Positions 9,278 through 19,386 of a stretch of 64,000 bases of DNA are shown in pieces. Below the pieces are notes generated by a model. The model was not told the DNA's origin and searched no databases. It saw nothing but the letters and a program-made list of their open reading frames with translations. Both the position numbers and the translations under genes were made by a program. The stretch is from Escherichia phage P-GXEC-L2P5, in the sequence record PQ843332.1; one strand, 5' to 3'. Positions within the stretch are counted from its first letter, which is position 1; every line of letters starts with the position of its first letter.

Positions 9278-9755
9278 CAACGGTCTACGATTTACGGCAG
9301 CATGGGAGACGTTTAGCCCGGTGCCGTATTTCGCGACTAAGAAAGAGCAGGCCCGCGGCCTGTACACCTGGGGTTATGGTCACACTGGCACTAACCCGCC
9401 TCGAAGCATTACCCGCGCGGAAGCGCTGGAGCTACTTAAGCGCGATGTGGCGTATGCTGAGGACTGGGTGAACAAATACGCGCATAATAGCATTAACCAG
9501 GCGCAATTCGACGCGCTGGTGGACCTGGTTATCAATGCAGGTCAAGGTCCGATCGTACCGGACCATATTGCCAATGACTTCGACGACGCGGTGCGCTTGG
9601 GCGACTGGGCGAAGGTCCGTGCTACGCTGCCGCAGTTCCGCAAGCAAGGCGGCGAAGTGCTTAAGGGTCTGGTACGCCGTGCAATCGGCAGACAGGCGTT
9701 GTTTGATGGTAAGCAGTGGGACGTTGCCGAACGAATCGGTCGTAACGCTGCATAA
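9264..9755 (+). CDS. endolysin, GH24 lysozyme family
   Basis: GYGHTG and NQAQFDALVDLVINAG motifs typical of lambda R / P22 gp19-type lysozymes. Confidence 0.85.
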   Translation: MRFSDNGLRFTAAWETFSPVPYFATKKEQARGLYTWGYGHTGTNPPRSITRAEALELLKRDVAYAEDWVNKYAHNSINQAQFDALVDLVINAGQGPIVPDHIANDFDDAVRLGDWAKVRATLPQFRKQGGEVLKGLVRRAIGRQALFDGKQWDVAERIGRNAA

Positions 9756-9771
9756 TACGAGGGGACACGAT

Positions 9772-9939
9772 ATGTTAAAAAGTATTCTTGATCATAATGC
9801 GGACGCGCTTGCCGCACTGGCTAAAACCGAAGACCCAGGCGCACGCGCTATCATCGCGGACTCTATCAACCACGCGGGGGTCTTTGATGCGAAGCTGCCA
9901 AGCCCACCACCGCCGGAAGAACCCGGCCCCGCAGCGTAA
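9772..9939 (+). CDS. small hypothetical protein (55 aa, proline-rich C-terminus)
   Basis: GAGGGGA RBS; no cysteine, so not an Rz1-type lipoprotein. Confidence 0.3.
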   Translation: MLKSILDHNADALAALAKTEDPGARAIIADSINHAGVFDAKLPSPPPPEEPGPAA

Positions 9940-9946
9940 ACAATCA

Positions 9947-9971
9947 AGCCCGGATAATACCGGGCTTTTTA
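9947..9971 (+). terminator. rho-independent terminator
   Basis: AGCCCGG-ataata-CCGGGCT followed by TTTTTAT. Confidence 0.75.
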
Positions 9972-9975
9972 TTGC

Positions 9976-10005
9976 TTGACTCGCAACCAACATAGGGGCC
10001 ATACT
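9976..10005 (+). promoter_or_regulatory. candidate sigma70-like promoter overlapping two GCAACCAA motifs
   Basis: TTGACT, 18-bp spacer, CATACT (TATACT in unit 2). Confidence 0.4.
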
Positions 10006-10176
10006 GCAACCAACCAACGAGAGGAGTAATCAAGATGGCACGTAAAGATATTTGGGTATTGGCAATCTGGACCACCGCAGCTTTCATCGGCATGGTTATT
10101 TGCGAATTGATATAGCCCGCCGCCATATGGACCGTGGTATATTGTCCACGGTCAACTAATCAGGAATTAATTAAAT

Positions 10177-11473
10177 ATGCACCCGCAAACTAAAATTACC
10201 GATGAGCAATTGATCACAGAAATTCAGGCAGGGACTACGGTTAAAGAGATTGCGAAGAAATACGGCATTGCACTTCGAAATGTCTATATGCGCAAAGCCC
10301 GCCTGTCGAAAAAGGGGATTGGTCATGGCAATTATGCCGTGATCCGTAAGCGCGTTGCCGATGGCTTTGGGGTTAAGCGCGTATCGGCCCTGGTGCGCGG
10401 TAATGGCGAAGAGGTCATGTCGTGGGTCATCACTGAGCAGGACAAGGAGCGCCAACTCGAAGCTATGCGCGCTGTTGTCGAGGGTATGAACAGCGAAATC
10501 ACACCGGCAGCGCCAGTAAACGCCCCGCCAGTACCGATCCCATGCGCGCTGTTGTCGAGGGTATGAACAGCGAAATCACACCGGCAGCGCCAGTAAAAGC
10601 CCCGCCAGTACCGATCCAGGCGCTAGACTTGCTCAACCTGTACACCGTGTCCGACTTCCACCTGGGTATGCTGGCATGGGGCGAGGAGACTGGCGAAGAT
10701 TGGGATATGGCGATCGCCGAAGACCTGTTCTACCGCTGGTTTGTCGAAGCCTTCGCCCGCGCACCGGACGCAGGCACTGCCGTGATCAATATCCTCGGCG
10801 ATATGGCGCACTTTGATAGCCTTGATGCCGTCACACCGGCAAGCGGTCACGTATTGGACGCCGACACCCGATACCAGAAGTTAGTCCGCTACATGATCCG
10901 CATGGTGCGCAACGTGGTAGACCTGGCGCTGCAAAAACACCACAAAGTCAAACTGCTAATCGTCCAGGGTAATCATGACGAGTCAGGCATGATTTGGCTT
11001 GCTGAGATGTTCAACACGCTGTACGAGAACGAGCCGCGCGTCGATGTGGATACGATGAGTCGGGCATGATTTGGCTTGCTGAGATGTTCAACACGCTGTA
11101 CGAGAACGAGCCGCGCGTCGATGTGGATACGTCCCCGGACGTCTACAAGATGGTGCAGCACGGTAAGACCACACTATTTTTCCACCACGGGCACAAAGCG
11201 CGATTTGACGCTATCGAGCCGGTCATGATTTCGAAATTTCGTGAGGCGTTCGGGTCCAGCCAGTACAGCTATGCGCACGTAGGACACCTGCACCACCAGA
11301 AGATTGTCGAATCGCGCAACATGATTGTTGAACAGCACCGCACGCTTGCCGCGAAGGATGCCTACGCCAGCCGAGGCGGTTGGATGAGCGGACGCAGTGC
11401 AAACGTGATAACCTATAGCGCCAACTACGGCGAAGTAGCGCGCTTAACCATTAGCCCGGAAATGTTGAAATGA
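10177..11473 (+). CDS. HTH domain fused to calcineurin-like metallophosphoesterase; frame broken by duplications near 10490..10600 and 10980..11075
   Basis: N-terminal HTH TVKEIAKKYGIALRNVYMRKARL; phosphoesterase motifs DFHLGM, GDMAHFD, GNHDE, HHGH, GHLHH; reads as one ORF in unit 2 apart from a single duplication. Confidence 0.7.
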
Positions 11474-11715
11474 TCAGACAAGTATTCATGAGCACGCAGG
11501 CCACCCGCCTGAAAGAACTACGCAAGCAACTCGAAGGCTTGCGCCGATTTGAACGAACGGCAGCGGCAGTCGGAATGTCGATGGACGAGAGGATCGAAAT
11601 ACTGTCGCAAATACGCTACACAGAAGGCGCGATAAGAGAAGTACAAAGCATGTTAACCCGATACTACGGGCGCGGATACTATCGCAAATACGCTACACAG
11701 AAGGCGCGATAAGAG
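11470..11715 (+). CDS. small hypothetical protein present only in unit 1
   Basis: ORF with internal artefact duplication; the whole ~290-bp segment is missing from unit 2. Confidence 0.35.
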
Positions 11716-11767
11716 AAGTACAAAGCATGTTAACCCGATACTACGGGCGCGACGTTTAAACCGCGCA

Positions 11768-11793
11768 GCCCCACCGATTTGGTGGGCTTTTTT
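11768..11793 (+). terminator. rho-independent terminator
   Basis: CCCACC-gattt-GGTGGG followed by CTTTTTTGT. Confidence 0.7.
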
Positions 11794-11798
11794 GTGCC

Positions 11799-11807
11799 TG
11801 TTATAAT
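11799..11807 (+). promoter_or_regulatory. extended -10 promoter element upstream of the terminase genes
   Basis: TGtTATAAT perfect extended -10; conserved in unit 2. Confidence 0.45.
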
Positions 11808-11855
11808 CCCCTTAGATGGCAGGGCCGTCTCTTATGTTGCCGATGGTCGGCGCAT

Positions 11856-12428
11856 ATGCACAAAAGGGCTTATATCATGGCAGAAATTAAAGTTAAAGGC
11901 CGTCGCGCTAAACTGGACGGACGAGTAGCAGTTACCCCGCGCCGTAAACCAGGCGAGCAAACCGAGCACACCAATCTCGGACCTGAAATCGAGTACGGAA
12001 AGCGCCGTAAAGGCGGCAAATGTGGACGCCCTACTGACTACCGATCCGTTTACTGCGACCAGCTTCGCCGCTATTTTGCCGACGCCGACGCATGGCAGGT
12101 CAACTACTCCGATAAAGGCGCTGCGCAAGTAATCCCCCGGAACAAAATGCCAACCTTCGGCCGATTTGCCGCTGAAATCGGCGTGGGTGTAGCTTGCTTG
12201 TATCGCTGGGCGCGTGCGCATGAGGAGTTTGCCGAGGCGATGGCGGACGCAATGGAGTTGCAGAAAACTTTCCTGATGGAAGCTGGCGGCGTAACCATCG
12301 CGGCGGGCTTCGCTACGTTCCTGCTTAAAGCAAACCACGGCGTCCGCGACGATGTACCGCTGGATGACGACGAAGATGATAACGGCGACGTAGTTGTCGA
12401 ACCTTCCGGCAAAGGTCAGGGTGAATAA
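11856..12428 (+). CDS. terminase small subunit
   Basis: GRPTDYRSVYCDQLRRYFADA region and acidic C-terminus; immediately upstream of TerL; alternative start 11877. Confidence 0.65.
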   Translation: MHKRAYIMAEIKVKGRRAKLDGRVAVTPRRKPGEQTEHTNLGPEIEYGKRRKGGKCGRPTDYRSVYCDQLRRYFADADAWQVNYSDKGAAQVIPRNKMPTFGRFAAEIGVGVACLYRWARAHEEFAEAMADAMELQKTFLMEAGGVTIAAGFATFLLKANHGVRDDVPLDDDEDDNGDVVVEPSGKGQGE

Positions 12429-13890
12429 TGCGTAACTATGCGGCAGAACACCGCGCACTGGAACGCGCGATCGCAAAGCGTAACCGACCGCCACGCCCGA
12501 CACGCGTTGCGCAGGCCGTCCGCCTTTACCAGCCAGATTGCCTTCCGCACCAGGTCGAACTGCTGCGTGACACGAAGACTAAAATCCTCGGCCTGTGTTC
12601 CGGCTTCGGTGGTGGGAAGTCGTGGGTCGCAGCCCGTAAGGTAATCCAGCTTCTGACACTTAACCCCGGTCATGATGGCATCGTAACAGAACCGACGATT
12701 CCCCTCCTGGTTAAAATCATGTATCCGGAATTGGAAAAGGCATTCGACGAGGCGGGCTTCCGGTGGAAGTTCAATAAGCAGGACAAGATCTATAACGTGC
12801 TTGTGAAAGGCAAATGGACCCGCGTTATCTGTGAGTCAATGGAGAACTATACCCGCCTGATCGGGGTTAATGCCGCGTGGATTGTTGCCGACGAGTTCGA
12901 TACCACGAAGCAAGACGTCGCGCTGGCGGCATATCACAAATTGCTCGGTCGTCTGCGTGCTGGCTTCGTCCGCCAGTTCGTCATCGTGTCAACGCCTGAA
13001 GGCTACCGGGCGATGTATCAAATTTTCGAAGTGGAGAAGGATAGCCAGAAGCGTTTGATCCGGGCGAAGACCACCGATAACCACCACTTACCGGCAGACT
13101 TTATCGACACGCTGCGCAGCCAATACCCGGCTAACCTGATTGATGCGTACTTGAACGGCCTGTTTGTCAACCTTACGTCGGGCGCGGTGTACAAGATGTT
13201 CAACCGGGAGGAGAACGCCAGCACCGAAGAAGTGCAGCCGGAAGACACGCTGATTATCGGCATGGACTTTAACGTCACGAAGATGGCGGCGGTCGTGTAC
13301 GTCAGACGGCAGCGCATCACCGAAAACAAGGAGTTCCGCGACGAGATCCACGCAGTGGATGAATTTGTGGACCTGTTTGATACCCCGGCTATGATTGAGG
13401 CGATCGAGGAGCGCTACCCCGATCATTGTGCTGCCGGTCGTGTTGTCGTTTACCCGGATAGCAGCGGCAAGTCTCGCAAGACTGTTAACGCATCGTCGTC
13501 AGATATCGCACAACTGGAAGACGCGGGCTTCGAGGTGGAATACGACAGTGTTAACCCACCTGTGAAAGACCGATTGATCGCGATGAATACTATGATGTGC
13601 AACTCGAAGGGTGTGCGCCAGTATTTGTTAACCCGCCTGTGAAAGACCGATTGATTGCGATGAATACGATGATGTGCAACTCGAAGGGTGTGCGCCAGTA
13701 TTTTGTCAACCTGGATAAATGCCCTACACTAGCGAAATGTCTGGAACAGCAGGTTTACGACCTGAAGAAAGGCGAGCCGGATAAAACCGCCGGTGTGGAC
13801 CACATGAACGATGCCGCGGGCTATCCAATTGCGCACCTGTTCCCAGTGATTCGCCCAATCGCCGTTGTTCCAACTGTAGACTTCTACTAA
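12428..13890 (+). CDS. terminase large subunit (ATPase plus nuclease); 3' part frame-broken by duplication near 13560..13680
   Basis: Walker A GFGGGKS, Walker B IVADEFD, C-terminal nuclease region VDHMNDAAGYP. Confidence 0.85.
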
Positions 13891-13900
13891 GGAAACGACC

Positions 13901-15652
13901 ATGACCGTTAACGTAGACAACCAGCACCCGCTCTATGCGCGCATCGCGCCAGAGTGGAAAATGATCCGTGACTGCGTAGCAGGGGAGCGCGTGACAACCA
14001 GCACCCGCTCTATGCTCGCATCGCGCCAGAGTGGAAAATGATCCGTGACTGCGTAGCAGGGGAGCGCGCCGTGAAGGCGTGCGGGCCATTATACCTGCCA
14101 CACCCAGCAAGCGGCGACACCACCGACCCTAAATCGCGTGCGCGTTATAAGGCGTATAAGCAGCGCGCCGTCTTCCTGAACGCCACCGCCAGAACCCTTA
14201 ACGCACTGTTAGGCGTGGCCTTCGCGAAGCCGGTGAGTATTGACCTTTCCGGGGCAATGGCTGACCTGATTGATGACGTAGACGGCAGCGGGATGCCACT
14301 GGCGCAACTCCTGCGCGGTGCTATGTCGGAAGTGCTGCAATCAGGCCGTGCGGGCTTTATGGTGGACTACGATCGCCAGGCGCATTTTGATGAACTGGGT
14401 AACGTAGTTCCGCAGACAGCCGCCGAGATGGCGTCACACCGCCCTCTTATCCGCCTGTACACGGCAGAACAGATCATCAACTGGCGGCAGACCAACGGCG
14501 TCGATACGCTAATTGTGCTGAAGGAAACGGACGAAATCAGCACCGAAGACCCGGACGACTTCGCAAACCACGAAGTAACAATCTGGACCGAGCTTCGCAT
14601 GATTAACGGTGCGGCACACGCCCGCCGCTGGTACTACAACGCGGACACGTCCGAGGTGCAAATGGACTTGCCGCGCGGCTTCACCCGAACCGACCTTGTA
14701 CCACTGGTGGATGCTGCCGGTAACGCGCTTACGCAACTACCGTTTTGCTGGTGCGGTGCGGTGGACAACAACGCAACGCCTGACGCCGCTCCGCTGGCGG
14801 ATATCGCATCCATCAACATTAAGCACTACAACGCCGAAGCGGACGTCGCCGAGATTGCGCACATCGTGGGCCAGCCTACCCTAGTTGCGACGGGCTTGAC
14901 CCAATCATGGGCGGACAAGAACCTGAAGGGCGGCATTGCCCTCGGTGCGACTAAGGGCGTTATCCTGGGCCAGAACATGGACGCTAAACTGATCCAGGCG
15001 GAGGAGCGCAACTTGTCTGTTGCACTGTGTGAGCGTCGCGAATTGCAAATGGCTAAACTTGGCGCGGCCCTGGTCGAGAAGGGGACCGCACCTAAGACGG
15101 CAACGGAAGCGGCCTACGATGCGCAGTGGCTAAACTGGGCGCGGCCCTGGTCGAGAAGGGGACCGCACCTAAGACGGCAACTGAAGCGGCCTACGATGCG
15201 CAGACTGATAACAGTATCCTGTCACTGATTGCCGGTAACGTCGAGAAGGCTTTCAACCGTGCGCTGCAAATCGTCCAGCTATTCACGGGCGACACCGCCG
15301 ACCAGCGTGTGACGCTGAATAAGTTCTACACCGAAATCACGGTTGATGCGCAGCTTATGACCGCGATGATGTCGGGTGTGCAGACGGGTACGGTCCGCCT
15401 GGCTGACTTCATCAAGTGGATGATGGCGCAGGGTGTCATCGACGACTCGCAAACCGTCGAGCAGGTGGAAGACGAATTGCGAAATCAGAATCCATTGCCT
15501 CAAATGTCCCCGTTATTGATGACTCGCAAACCGTCGAGCAGGTGGAAGACGAACTGCGAAATCAGAATCCATTGCCTCAAATGTCCCCTGATGCGGTAGA
15601 ATCTACCGAAGAAGACCCGGACAAGGTAGCGGACAATGGCGAAGACAATTAA
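13901..15652 (+). CDS. portal protein; frame broken by three duplications
   Basis: Large ORF directly after TerL and before the head morphogenesis gene; assignment by position and size only. Confidence 0.6.
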
Positions 15653-16816
15653 TCAACATTTGGCGGATCGAATGATTCGCCGTCACATCTTCACCCAGCG
15701 CCTGAGCAATGATCAGGCGCGGAGGGTGCTGGCTATGTGGGAGAAGTTCCGGCCCACTTTACTTGGTAAGCTGACCGAGTTACTTGATGGCAAAAAGTCC
15801 ATGAGCAACAAGGCACTTACCACACTGTTAACCCAAATCGACAAGACCGTCAAAACGGAACTGCGCGCCGAGTTTAAAGTGCTGGCGGAGAGCCTTCAGG
15901 AGTTCGCCGACACCGAGGCTGATTATCTCGCGGACACACTAACGGCAGCGATCCAGCCCGCTGTCGCTGTACCAGCGGTTGAGGTGGTGGGTGTAGTTAC
16001 GGGCGCGCAGATTGCAGCGACTGCAATGAAAAACCCGTTCCAGGGAAACACCATGATGCAATGGCCTGATTCACTTTCCGAGTGGACTAGGACGCAGATC
16101 GGCAATCAGGTGCGCGCTGGATTCATCCAGGGCAAGCCGACGATGGAAATTATCGCGGATGTGAGGCGCGCGCTAGGCGGTCGTAGTGCGCAAGCAATCT
16201 CAAGCGTTGTTAAGTCCGCGGTCAACCACTATGCGGCGACCGCCCGCGAATTAATGGTAAAAGCTAATGACGATATTCTCGAAGGTCGCCAATGGTTGGC
16301 TACATTGGACACGCATACTTCTCCCATGTGCCAGCTACGCGATCGCCTGTTTTATCCGGTTGATGTCAATGGTTATCTACATTGGACACGCATACTTCTC
16401 CCATGTGCCAGCTACGCGATCGCCTGTTTTATCCGGTTGATGTTACTCCCGACACCAAAGGAAAGCGCGGCGGGAAAGTGGTGGCGGGGTCACAATATGG
16501 CGCTGGTCCGGGCAAGCTGCATTATTGCTGCCGTTCGACGGAGACGTGGAAAGTCAAAGGTATGGAAGATTGGCCCAGTGGTAAGCGTCCGGCACTGAAG
16601 GCTGACGCAGGCAGATTGCTGAGTGAGCAGGTCGACGCGCAGACTGATTTCTTCTCATGGGTGCAGCGCCAGCCGCGCCATATTCTGGAGGAATTATATG
16701 GGGTGCAGCGCGCCGATCAGATTATGCGCGGCGTGAAAGTGCCGAAGATGTTCACCGATACTGGCGAACTAATGACTATTGCACAGCTTAAAAACCGGGG
16801 GTTATGGCGTGATTAA
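15636..16816 (+). CDS. head morphogenesis protein (Mu F / SPP1 gp7-like)
   Basis: ATLDTHTSPMCQLRD motif typical of the family; duplication near 16300..16420. Confidence 0.7.
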
Positions 16817-17138
16817 GTATGCAGCGATTGGGCTGGTTATCGGTCTGGTGGTAGGATTCTGGCTAGGTGACTCCTATCGCGCTGGCGTAGTGGCGGAGGC
16901 GGCGCAAGAAGCGCAAGCAGAAGCCCAACGGCAGCAAACTAAAGTTATTGAGCGCTCCGTGCAGGCCGAACAAGCCCGCGACGTAGAATACCGGACTATC
17001 ACGAAAGAGGTTGTTAAATATGTTACGCGCCCTAACCGCCCTGATTGTAGTTTTGATGCTGAGCGCGTGCGGATCAAGCAACGTGCCGTTGATGCCGCTA
17101 ACGGAGTCGGCACTGCGACCGCCGTGCAAGTTCGATAG
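16809..17138 (+). CDS. i-spanin (Rz-like)
   Basis: N-terminal transmembrane segment AAIGLVIGLVVGFWLG then coiled-coil AEAAQEAQAEAQRQQ; GTG start with GGGGG RBS (alternative ATG 16779). Confidence 0.55.
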   Translation: MIKYAAIGLVIGLVVGFWLGDSYRAGVVAEAAQEAQAEAQRQQTKVIERSVQAEQARDVEYRTITKEVVKYVTRPNRPDCSFDAERVRIKQRAVDAANGVGTATAVQVR

Positions 17139-17327
17139 AGCGCGTGCGGATCAAGCAGCGTGCCGTTGATGCCGCTAACGGAGTCGGCACTGCGACCGCC
17201 GTGCAAGTTCGATAACCCGTCCGCGGACCCCGACGAAGATTTGATGATTGACGTGAAAAATATGGAATGCGGGGCGAAGCTGAGGGCGCAGGTCCTGGAG
17301 TTGCAGCAGATAATTCGGGGGCCGTAA
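17020..17327 (+). CDS. o-spanin lipoprotein (Rz1-like) overlapping the i-spanin in the +1 frame; interrupted by duplication 17140..17214
   Basis: Signal peptide with lipobox LSAC|G, proline-rich mature part, AAGAGG RBS. Confidence 0.55.
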
Positions 17328-17342
17328 TGGCCCCCTTTTATT
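17316..17342 (+). terminator. rho-independent terminator
   Basis: GGGGGCC-gtaat-GGCCCCC followed by TTTTATT. Confidence 0.75.
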
Positions 17343-18105
17343 AGCGCGGAATACCGCAGATTTCGTTTAACGTCTTCACGTCCAGTGCCACCGCCGTGGA
17401 CTTCGGCTTGTCCGGGTATGGAATAAACTGTTCCACTTCAGGCCACGCCTTGATCAGCTTCTTATCGGTATTGTGCATATCCAGCACACCGGTAACGGTT
17501 AGTTTGAACGCGTCATACTTAGCTCGCAACTCGCGGCGGGACTTGTCGTTGCGATCCAGGCACTTACAGAAATCATGGTCCGCCGGGTAGTCTACGCGAC
17601 CGCGCGGAAGATATATCGGCAGCGATTTTCCGTCCTCGTCCACTTCGCACACTGAAGCCAGCATAACTTCCTCGTACCCCGGTACGATATCACCGAGATC
17701 GGGAGATAGCTTGTTCATATATTTCTCTTCCCAGTATCCGCGGTGCAGGCGGTATCGGTATCCATCGCCGCTCAATGATACGGTGCGAACATTACCGCCT
17801 GCGTTGATATCGAATCCGGCGCTATAAACGCGGCCGATGCCTTTTGGCCGGTCGGAGTTATAGCTATACGTCGCCTTGTCGGTGTAAACGCTAACGCCAT
17901 ACATCTGCGACTGGTTATCGCGGATTTCTGCGATATATGCGCGTAACTCGGCGAACGTGCGAATGCCTTCCGGCATACAGTCCAGCGTAATGGCGTACGC
18001 CAAGTCGCGAGAGTCCATCATGATGGATTTTGCTTCGGTCGCGATTTCATGGTCGCGCAGGATGTTAGCCAGAATCTGGTTTTTAATGTCTTTCGTCAGT
18101 CTCAT
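17341..18105 (-). CDS. hypothetical protein (254 aa), opposite-strand moron gene
   Basis: ORF 17341..18192 with the likely start at MRLTKDIK (AAGAGG RBS); no recognisable motif. Confidence 0.5.
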   Translation of the reverse strand: MRLTKDIKNQILANILRDHEIATEAKSIMMDSRDLAYAITLDCMPEGIRTFAELRAYIAEIRDNQSQMYGVSVYTDKATYSYNSDRPKGIGRVYSAGFDINAGGNVRTVSLSGDGYRYRLHRGYWEEKYMNKLSPDLGDIVPGYEEVMLASVCEVDEDGKSLPIYLPRGRVDYPADHDFCKCLDRNDKSRRELRAKYDAFKLTVTGVLDMHNTDKKLIKAWPEVEQFIPYPDKPKSTAVALDVKTLNEICGIPR

Positions 18106-18119
18106 TTGTGTGTCCTCTT

Positions 18120-18281
18120 TTAGTGGTTGTATAATTCGCCGCGTGCGTCGGCATCTTCCATTTGGTGTAGTGCGTGTTTCTGGTCCTGGCAAGGAATCCA
18201 GCGTTCCTCTAATTTATGCCAGAAGTAAAACACCCCGTTATCCAGCTTAATCTCGGCAATACCGTTATTGAAAGTTAGCAT
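18120..18281 (-). CDS. small hypothetical protein (53 aa), first gene of the moron unit
   Basis: GAGGG RBS; ATTGGTTGCA tandem motif immediately upstream. Confidence 0.4.
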   Translation of the reverse strand: MLTFNNGIAEIKLDNGVFYFWHKLEERWIPCQDQKHALHQMEDADARGELYNH

Positions 18282-18430
18282 TTTGTTACCCTCATTTGTT
18301 GGTATGCAACCAATATACTGCAACCAATCCACCAATGCAAGCAAATTTTGCGATTATTTTTATCGCTGATAATATTAGAAGCGTGAAGTCGAGCGGGTGG
18401 CCTGCTCTGCCACAATCCCAGGGGGATAGC

Positions 18431-19212
18431 ATGAAACTTACTAAAGCAGAATATGACGCGTTGCCGGAAGGTATGAAGGCGCTTTTTGTTGCCGATGGCG
18501 ACGGGTATAAATCAACGTTCATGACCGCAGAAGAAGTACAGGCGGAAATCAAGGGTCTGAAAGACAACAACGCTAAGCTGGTGAGCGAGAAGAAAGCAGA
18601 AGCTGAACGCCGCGCCGAAGCTGAGCGCCTTGCGAAAGAGAAAGAGGAAGCCGCCGCGCGCAAAAATGGCGACCTCGAAGCGATCGATAAGTCCTGGAAA
18701 GATAAGTTTGCGAAACACGAAGCAGACACATCGGGAAAAATCGAAGCCTACCGCAAGCAGATCCACGACCTAACCATCGGCAGCGCTGCCAAAGACCTGG
18801 CATCGAAGCTATTCGGTAAGAATGCGGGCATCATGCAACGCCACGTAATGGACCGCCTGACGCTGGAAGACGGCGAAGACCGAAGCTGTTCGGTAAGAAT
18901 GCGGGCATCATGCAACGCCACGTAATGGACCGCCTGACGCTGGAAGACGGCGAAGACGGCAGCTTGAAAGTGCGTGTCTTGCAGGATGGCAAACCGTCCG
19001 CGCTGACTATGGAAGAGCTTGAAAAAGAGTTCCGTAATAACGCCGATTTTGCATCCGTCCTGGCTGGCACGCCAGCCGGTGGTGCGCCGAGCAAACCGAC
19101 GCAGGTTGTCGAAGATGTGAAGTCGAAAATCACTATGGGCCATAGCTTCGGTATCACTGACCTTACGAAACAGGCGGGGGATATCATCGCGAAGATGGGC
19201 GACGACGAGTAA
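18431..19212 (+). CDS. scaffolding protein
   Basis: Charged coiled-coil protein (AEAERRAEAERLAKEKEEAAARK) directly upstream of the major capsid gene; duplication near 18815..18960. Confidence 0.6.
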
Positions 19213-19216
19213 GCAG

Positions 19217-19243
19217 ATCGCCCGCGAAAGCGGGCGATTTTGC
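19217..19243 (+). terminator. weak terminator or attenuator
   Basis: ATCGCCCGC-gaaa-GCGGGCGAT with a short T run. Confidence 0.4.
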
Positions 19244-19386
19244 TAGCGCGGAAATCTAAGGTAACATTAACGTCACTGGGCGAATGCTCACAACTCAAAG
19301 GATTTCGATATGTCTTTAACAGTGTTCCAGCGTAAACTCGTTACCGCGGTTACGGGGCGAATGCTCACAACTCAAAGGATTTCGAT

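Noticed and set aside
17063-17214. Treating the repeated segment inside the spanin genes as a natural intragenic repeat
   Set aside because: It has the same ~75-bp near-identical tandem pattern as the duplications seen throughout the window.
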